Assembly (NCBI GenBank): GCA_036172245.1
Contig: JAYWIR010000058.1
Coordinates: 62,001-126,000 of the forward strand
Source of the DNA: Raillietiella orientalis
Lineage: Eukaryota
DNA length: 64,000 bases
Direction of reading: 5' to 3'
Part shown: piece after piece, positions 29,601 to 38,600 of the stretch
Numbering within the stretch: position 1 is the first letter of the stretch
Layout: each line of letters starts with the position of its first letter
Notes under the pieces: generated by a model
Database searches by the model: none
What the model was told of the DNA's origin: nothing
The model's input: only the letters and a program-made list of their open reading frames with translations
Made by a program: the position numbers and the translations under genes

Positions 29601-32600
29601 ATATTCAAAAACACCTATCTCATTTGAAAGAGAGAAGATCAGTGAAACGTACTCAATCTGACGTAAATTAAGCACAATCAATAGACATGAATTTTATGCT
29701 AAATGGCGAGATTTAATCATTCAGCGGACCCTCAATTGAAATGCAAGTGGAATACGATAAGCAGCACCGGAGACACGAATTCTTTGATTTTTTTAACTTT
29801 TTTTAAAAGAATAGATCCCAATGTTTCCGCATTTACTTTCACAGCGCGGCCAGGGAGAAGACTAATGCAGATCAAGTACGATTTGCGGTCGTAGGTAAAC
29901 ATTACTTGACCTCCAAGGACAGTTTTTCCAAGAGCAGTTCCTTTTACTTTGAGATTACATTGTTTTTTGCGGGAATGTGGTTTGAGAACTGTCGATGTTC
30001 ATCCGTTGCGAATTCACCGTTCGAGTTTTATGGTCGAAAGTCACACAAAGTGATCCCAGTCTTACTTGTTGGAGGTCTCCACAACAAGAGTATTGAGGCA
30101 AAACCCATAACCAGGGCAGCATCTCCCGATGACAGCATCTTCGTAGCGCACGTGGATGTTTCTTATTGTGACCTCAATGCTTTTGAAAAGAACTGCTACT
30201 ATCGAACGCCAGATGTCTGGGGATTGCTGACCTGAAAAAACAAGGTGCGAATTCAGAGACAAAGACGAAATTCTCTTGTCCATACACAGAAGTAATCATA
30301 TCTTTGTGCTACCTTGGTTTTCTCTCAAATGGTAGATGAGCCGCCACCACATGTACCACTGAAGCTAATTTTCACTTCCTGATTAACAAAGCTGCTCAGA
30401 ATAGATCGTGATAGACTAATTGTTTACTTTGTAGTTACTTGAGCCGTCTATAGATCTAATCTATGGAATATGGACGGATAATATAGAGCATCGGCAGGCA
30501 AACTTTTGTCGCAAGGGACCGCAGGCTGGCACGACTTTGTAAGTGTCAATAAAAGTGAAGACTTCGTTCCCATCCACCAACATTGAGCGCGCGGGATTTG
30601 AAGTTCATGCCATTCTAATCCTTTTTGGAACTTCGCTTCTAGAAGATTCGTCAAGGTGGTAGACAGAGTTCTGCTTGTCCCAACATCAGCCCGCTCAAGT
30701 GCGGAAGAGGAATGAAGTTTCTGCTCGCAGCTCATTAAGAGGGTGTGCTCTGCTCATGTGCTGCGCGCGAATCCTTTCATGCCCATCATGTCGTTAGCCC
30801 GTAAAGAGCGGGGTACTTCGAAGGAGTTTTGTTGCGGAAATCGAAATAGGCGACATGGATGGGGCCAATCTTAAGCGGTAGTTTCGTATCATCTGCAAAT
30901 ACATAAATAAATACTATCATGCGTGTATTTATCTGTGGGACTTTCATCATAGAAGGAAGCACTCCGTCATAATTTGTGCTCTCTTTCCCCCATTGCGGTT
31001 CCTTCGTGTCCGTTTCGCGTTACCTGGACGGCGACTTTACATCAAAAGACGCAAAGTTGCGTCTTTTGACTTCTTTCACAGGTCGCATTCGACCTCCTTC
31101 CTCACACCCTTAGCTCTTTTCCATTCCTTTAGCTGCAACTATGTAGAAGACCAGTTCATGCTTTCCGAGAATCCTCGGAATTGTCAACGATCCTGGGGAG
31201 AGTGCTGCTGACGACCTGGTGAGGTTGTACTTGATTTCGCAGAAGGGTGGCAGATCCGATCAAGGATCGCATCTTCAAAGCCATTATACAGGTCTGTGGA
31301 GTTTTGCTCCGTGCTCCAGCACTTCTTTTCGTGTGCTTTGCGGATCAGATTGCCTAGAGGCTTCTTTTGTAAACCATACAACTTGGGTCCACAGAGCCGC
31401 TTGCCGGCCCCATCTCGATGCAGTTGCAACGACGCTTTTGGATAATTTGGATTTTCGGGATGATGAGTGGACGGTGGAAGATTTCTCTCCTTTCTTTCTT
31501 CTTCTCGAAAAATCGCAAATGCTATGTTGCCTCCAGGAAAGCCACCTCTCACGGGATCGCACGATGGTCGGTCTCTGGATGCAGTTTGCCTTCTCCTTCG
31601 CCCGCCAATCCACAGACAATCTTGGTCTCCTCTGAAAGTAGGGCAACGTGCTTCCATCTGACTGACTCAAAGGGACCCTGGGATAATGGTTCGCAGTTCT
31701 GTCCGCTGGGGGACCTCGTGTAGCACCTTCAGATGACTCCACCCCTGCTTTTCATCTTTGTTGGGCTGACCTGAGATCGGAACCAGTTCCTTCAGGCGAA
31801 ATTCCGAGTACCAGCATGATGTCTCAAACAGGTCACCTTATGTTTGTTCGATGAATCTTTCTTGCACTCCCAGAAAGGATGTTTCCTGTTCTTTCTTCAA
31901 AAAGCATCCTTTTTCCTAAACCAGTCGCTTTCCGATCAACCCGGTGGGATTTATGAAGACGCAATGGAGGACTTCAGGGACAGAGGACGCGTTGTCTGAT
32001 CCATGGCAACAAGGGAGACGGAAACAACTCTGCAGGGAGAGTGCTCGAGCACCACGCGTTTCTTTCCGATTCCCTTCAGCGATCCGTCGGGTCACATGAC
32101 AATTCGCTCAGTGAAAACGCCGGTCTGTCCCTTCTTCTTGTGCTCCATCTTTGTGAAGATTCGCACGCAAATCTCCCATGACTAGGACATCCACTTAGTG
32201 AGGTCGAACCCCATTGGTCCGTGGGTGCACCCCGGCTCGCCGAAGTCCAGTGTATAGTCAGCGATAAAATGCTCGATTTGAAGTCGTCGCAGCCTACTTT
32301 TTACGTTTCTAGGTGAAGCCAGGTCCTAGCATTCATGTGACCAACGGCAAGGAATTCTTCTTGGAAGATCATAGCAGCCCGCATGTGCACCCAACTGAGA
32401 GGCAGGGACAGGATGATCCGAATTCACCTGATACAGGCTCGCGTGAGCTGGCGCATGAGATCGTATGACAGGTTTCGATGACAGTCTCATGCCAGCCGCA
32501 CAGTTGCATTTGAAGAAAAAGAAAAGAAAGCCGTGTTCATCTCCGACCAGTCCTGGATCCGAAAAAGCACAAGAAACGAAAGACATCCTCCTTTCGGCTG

Positions 32601-35600
32601 CATGGGGAGCATTCTGCTTTTAGCTGATAACCACTTGCAAACTAATAATCCGTGAAAACCGCTGTCTTTCCAGAGCATTAGTGGTAGATTGTGAAATGCA
32701 CGGTTGACGGCGCACGCTCGCGGCACCTCGAGTCGCGAATTCGAATCACCATGGGGAGCGGAAGAACATCGGATTCTCCATTGAAAGCTACAAAGGATGA
32801 AGAAGACTGGCAAGCAGAAAACACAGCTGAGTCGAGGTGGACATCCAGTAAGACCTGATTGATGGGCATAATTTTGTCTTCGGTCCTTCTCGAAAAACAG
32901 AAAGTCTTCAAGTGTGAGCGAAGTGCCAAAGAGCGCTCTCCATGAGGGGGTTTGATCTCTCGCCACGGAGATCAAAAGCCTCATCAGTATTCAAACAAGA
33001 TGGAAGTTTTCTTTTGCAGTTCACCATGTTGAACTTAGTCGTAAGAGGTGACCTTTGTTATGTCTTAAGCGCTTTCCCTTAAATTTAATGCTCCAGATGT
33101 CCTGAATGCAGTCTGAAGGATGCTGGAGGAAGAAAAGTTTCCGCAAGCAGAGAACGATTCAGCTATACTATGTGCTTTTTCCACTACCAACGAGACCATG
33201 AAAGCTGCAGGTCAGACATGGAACCTTTCGCACCCTCAGCGAACTGAATTGGTCACTAAAACGACCACTCTTCAATGGCTCGTCCTTGTAATTCGAAGAT
33301 GAGGGGCATGCTAGACATGCTACTTTGTCTGCAGTCTTAAGTAAGGGCACTATTTCCATCCGCATACCGAAGGAACACTGATCTCACTGGATTCGTTTCC
33401 AAGAACTCGATTGAAGGAAAGCTGGATACCGTCCTTATGCGCGTCAAAATAAACGTGGCCAAAAGTGCTCCTTCCTCTTATGGCCTTCCAGCCACAAGAG
33501 GAAACGAGGCCAAAAATGCTCACGAGAGGTCCCTTCCCGGGTGCTGTAAGATAATTTGCGTTTTCGTCAATGAGTGTTTGTTTCTCTGTGACCCCTCCAG
33601 AGAGGTTTATGTGATACATGCAGGCGGCTGGAGAACTATTGATTTCTGGAAAAGCTAATGACAAAGGGGCAGAAAATCCCTTTGAGACACGCAGCGGGCT
33701 TGATGTTCTCGAGGTAAAGATGCAATATGTACAAGTACCGTAAACTGTCCTTTTCTCCGCCTCCCAGAGTATTCTAGTTTTCCTCTCCCTCGTGAATTTT
33801 TCATAAGATTTGGAGGTGTTTGCTGCAGTTATCAAGAGGAACACATCCTCTATTTCAACAGAGAAGGAGTCACTCTTCCAGCTCGTCCATGGAATTTTGA
33901 TTATTAATTTCCCGATGCTTCCTCTAATGACTTCCAAAGGAAGGTCTTGGCAGCACTGAAAAGAGTAGACAAGATCTCTCGGAAAGAGGAAACGGTGATC
34001 ATACTGTCACAATGACACACATCCATTCAGGAAAAACACGCTGTTCAGAATGTCTCAAATGACGCTATTCGCTTGCTCTTGCGCATTTCCCACTCTCCGC
34101 GCGTCTTAATACAGAAGAACATGAACTGAAATCACAGGGACGTAACGACGATTCCGTACCTCGAATTCGAATTCGGACAAGTTGTTAAAAGACCGAACCG
34201 AACTGGTCATGGTATGGCAAGGTGATCCTCATGCAATGGGCATGGATTCGGCGATGCGAGATTCTCTAATCCGTTTGTTTTCCTGTTTCCTGCCAACATC
34301 TGTGTTCCAATCTGCGTTTCTTAGAGGCTGTATGCAACCGAGAAGGACACAATTGGCACGCTGATTTGGACAGCCACTCGTGTCCATCCATGCGGTTATT
34401 TCCATGTCAGTTATCGGCATCGAAAAGAGTTCCTGAGGTATTCCACCCTCGAAAATGAAGCCAGGTCAAGCTGGATGTTATTTTTCAATACATTTTTCAT
34501 ACATAAAGCAATATTTTGAAATTCCCTCCTGTCAAGTGAAATCCCTAGTATGGACCTGGAAGAGTAGCAAACTATACCGTTGTATTGTACGGGAGATGTG
34601 TGCAGTAGACGACAAGGAAGATGATTTCATCAAGCGAGTCCAGCGCTTTCTCTTAGTATTTGCTCCGTGTTGTAGTTTTTAAAGCACTCTCCAGGTTGAC
34701 GTATCAGCACGGCAGACTTTTCACCAAACGTATTTGGACTTCGTGAGAATCCACTTGAGAGCGAAAGCAGAGAAATACGCTGAAGAGGATTGATCGACTA
34801 TTCTCCTGATGGTTTGCTTGCTTTCTTCAGCGATGTACAGAGTTCTTTCTATTCCTGACAAGAGTTCTTTTCCAGACTTCCGGTCTACCAATGCAGTCAT
34901 GAGCTCCTGCGCCTGGGAAGCCCTGAAGAATGCACGAACAGAATGTTCAAAATGTTCAGTACCAGGGAGTACTATCAGTCACGCAGCAAATTGTCGCTTT
35001 GCACACCAAAACTTTCGAAATCCAAAGCTGCATGCATACGAATTGCACAGAAACACTGAACGAGTAGACGGGATTTGAAAGTGCCAGGAAGCAAAGGGTT
35101 ATTATATTTCTCACCCATTTCATCCAATTAAAAACTCATCAAACAGCACTGATAAACTATAAAGAGTCATACCCGAGGATTTCTTTTGGGAAAAATCAGC
35201 TGCCGATGAAATGACTCATTAAGACTAATTTTGCTGCTCGTGATTTTCGTACGTTGGATCTTTGAGTAAAGTTTCCATCTCCTTTGAAAATAGATACGAC
35301 ACTGGTGCATGTGATGCAAGGATGAATATTAATCAGTATATTTACTGAGGAAGTATATTCGACTGGGCAATGTCAGCAGCACCAGTGATGCTAGTCATGA
35401 ATAAACACTTTTTTGAAACGGTGAGGCTACTTCTTATCTGTGCTTTGCTGTGCAATCTCAGATGCAGATTTGCTAAACATCCTGTCCAAAAAGAGAGATT
35501 TCCTTTTACTATGATGAAGAGGGTTCCCAGGAAAATGATCCGTGTACAGCCAAGATTTCATATAGGATTGAATTTGGGGAAGAACTTTTGAAACAAGAGC

Positions 35601-38600
35601 GCATCCTTCGGTATCTCCAGTGCTTTAATCCTCCAATAGGTTTGGTGGAACGAATTCCTTGGCACACTTCATTCCCAGGAGACTGGAAACTCTAATGCCT
35701 GAGGATGACCTTACGGTAGTCCTCCGTATAGCGCGGATTCGTACAGCGCGAGACTTGAAAATGCTGGCAATCCTCGTGTGGCGCCGCACGACTCTGCCGA
35801 TGAATTTCAGTTTTGTTCTGCAGTGTCCGTTCAGTTGTTTTCAAAAAGAACACGAACACACGATAGGTTGAATAGTATTTCATCCGAACCTTTGTGAAAA
35901 TGCAACAGCGCAAACATTTTTTCAATAGCCAGAGCGGCAGTTTCAGCTCGTTTAACCCTTAACATCCCAGTAAATTTTTCCTAACGTAACAGACCAGTAG
36001 TGTCCGATAGACATATTACTCTAAAGTATTTTAAAATGAAGTACATTATGTGAAATTCTTTATTGTTATCATATTAGACAAGTCCTCAATGGTATTATTA
36101 TTTGTTTAGGAAGACATTTAACGCAAATTATTTTTTTAGTGCCAGTATATCTCTTAACTTTTCAAGTGTCCTGGTATTTTTATCGTCAAATCTTAGAAAA
36201 CGTAGAATAGACGCAAATCGATTTCTCCACATGGCCGTATGGAATATTGGATTACCACATATCGGATCCCATACTCTCTAAAATCTAAATTGCTCTGTTT
36301 GTTAACACCAGTGGTCAATAGTAGATTTATATGTGCTTGTAATTTGATTGTATCCACTGTTTTCCGTTCATTTCCCAATTCTCTTTCAGCTTCGGAATTG
36401 GTATGCTTTACAATAAGTTGCAGTGTCTTCCGGTCGAAAAATAAATGGAAACTGCCGATAGAATCTTGAATTCCTTTCTCTGGTGGGAGAACCTCATGAA
36501 CTCCACTCCTGATTCCATTATGTTGTGTTCTTCTCATATTGGTGTCCTGGTGTTGCTTTCCACTCGGCTCCATCTTTCACTTGGTTCCCTTTTTTTCTTC
36601 TTTTTTATCTTTCCCACATATTCATCAATCGGATTGTTATAATTATTTTCTTGTTCCCCTTCGTTTGTATTTTCGCCGTCACTATTGCTGGTCATCGACT
36701 TTGGATGCTATTTCTGTGAAGTTGCTTTCACTATCAGAGGCACTATCTATAATAAGATCTTCGCGTCTGCATATGCCAGTAAATACTGATAGAATAAACA
36801 AAAATAGTAACGGCACGCAATTTTCACTTTATTTACTTGTGGATTTGAACAGGTTCAAACGTGAGAATTCATATTATATCAAATAGGGTCCAATGGACAC
36901 ATCGGATTTGTTATGTTGTATTTTTGGTCAATTATTAAAATAAAGAAAACAGTGTTTTTTTGAAAAAATTTTAGCAAGATAATTTTGAAAATTAAATAAA
37001 GAGGATATATTACACAAATTAATTTCTCAATCAGATAACTTTTGATTTTGTATGTAAGTCAGTTTGAAAATGTGTCCATTGGACACTACTAGGATGTTAA
37101 GAGTTAAAGTAATTACATGCCAACGAGACTCTAAAAGCTTTTTTCTACTTCAAGTAAAATAAGGAATATGCATTTTTAATATTTTTGCTTTGAAGCGGAG
37201 CAGTGAATATCCACTGTTATAATGCTCAAAATACATTCTTATATATTCCATGAAAGCTGCCCGCAGGGCTGAAGAATAACCCACAGGGCTCGTATAATCC
37301 GGAAGGTATTTCCCGAGTTATAACCACTGCATTTATAAAAGATATCATACTTAAATATCCATTCCTCTCGTCCTCTGCGGGTAAAAGACACCAAGAACGC
37401 TGAGAGGAGTTCATCATTCCATGTCCAATCCGAAAGTCATTACTTACATAAGGAAGAGCAAGGGTAGGACAATTTCAGGGCAGAACGAAATCGAGTTCCC
37501 ATCCGGAATTTCAGGATTTTCTTCCGCATGATGTTTCTACTACTCTTATTCTAATGGCAGAAAGGAAAGATGCGATTCGAAATAGTATCTATATGGTCGA
37601 GGATGCTGGATCTGCAGCGCACTGTAAAGGAAGCAGCCACGACCTGGTCGCACTCTGCAGCAGCGATCTTGCAAGGTTTCCAATCAGATTCATCGAACGG
37701 TGAGCTGGGTATGTTTCGGTAGCAAGTTGTCAAGGTTCTGGGAGTGAAATCTTCGTTTCCATGCTCACAGTAACTCGGATCAGCAGACTGTCGGCTATCC
37801 TGCAAGGAGCACTTTGAGATTTCCATGCGGATCCTCTTGCCTCTCTTGACAGCGCGACTTCGGCAAGAGGGATGGGAGAAAATTGGCGAAATACTGCGCG
37901 TCCCCCAAATCGCTCCGTTCTAGTGCCGTCAGCACAAGTTTCCGTCGCATCCGAGATGCTGGTTTTACTTAGAGACGGTTGATTCCTCTTTCCTTCCGCC
38001 TTTCAGAGGGTTTCTCAGGGAAGCGGCAAGTCCTTATTGTCACTGCGGCCGTTTCACACGCGGCACAGGATCCTCCACCAGTCTCAGAGGAAAACTTACG
38101 TGCAAAGTGGAGCTAAGAAGCCACGTGGTGTGGGCAAGTAATCTGGAGGTTTGGTGCAGGACATCGGTGAGGGAGCGTTTGGTAACCAAGCTGCATTTAG
38201 AAAGGCATCCCTTCCCTAAGAAACATTCCAGAGGTGAAGGTGTTACGCCGCTGAAACACACGCGACCCTATGGCCGATGTGCCTGGGGTCTCCCGGCTCC
38301 CGGCATGCGGCGCTCACGGCGGTTCCTGTTCGCCATCTTCCTGCACCCCTATGTGCAGTCTCAGCACCTCCTTCATCCCTGTGACTTTGCGTATCCTTTG
38401 AAAAGCACTCTGGAATCACCGAAATCCATCTGGATGCCCCGACGATGAGGCCAACACGGCGCCGCTGACTATTCGCTGGGATACTCCATGAAAATATCTG
38501 TGCAGGGAGGGAAGGGATGAATGCATACTCTTCCCGAAAGGGATCCGGGGTTTCTTCGGGTTTTCTTTGTTTTGGTTCGCTAAGTGAACCTCAAGAGCCG

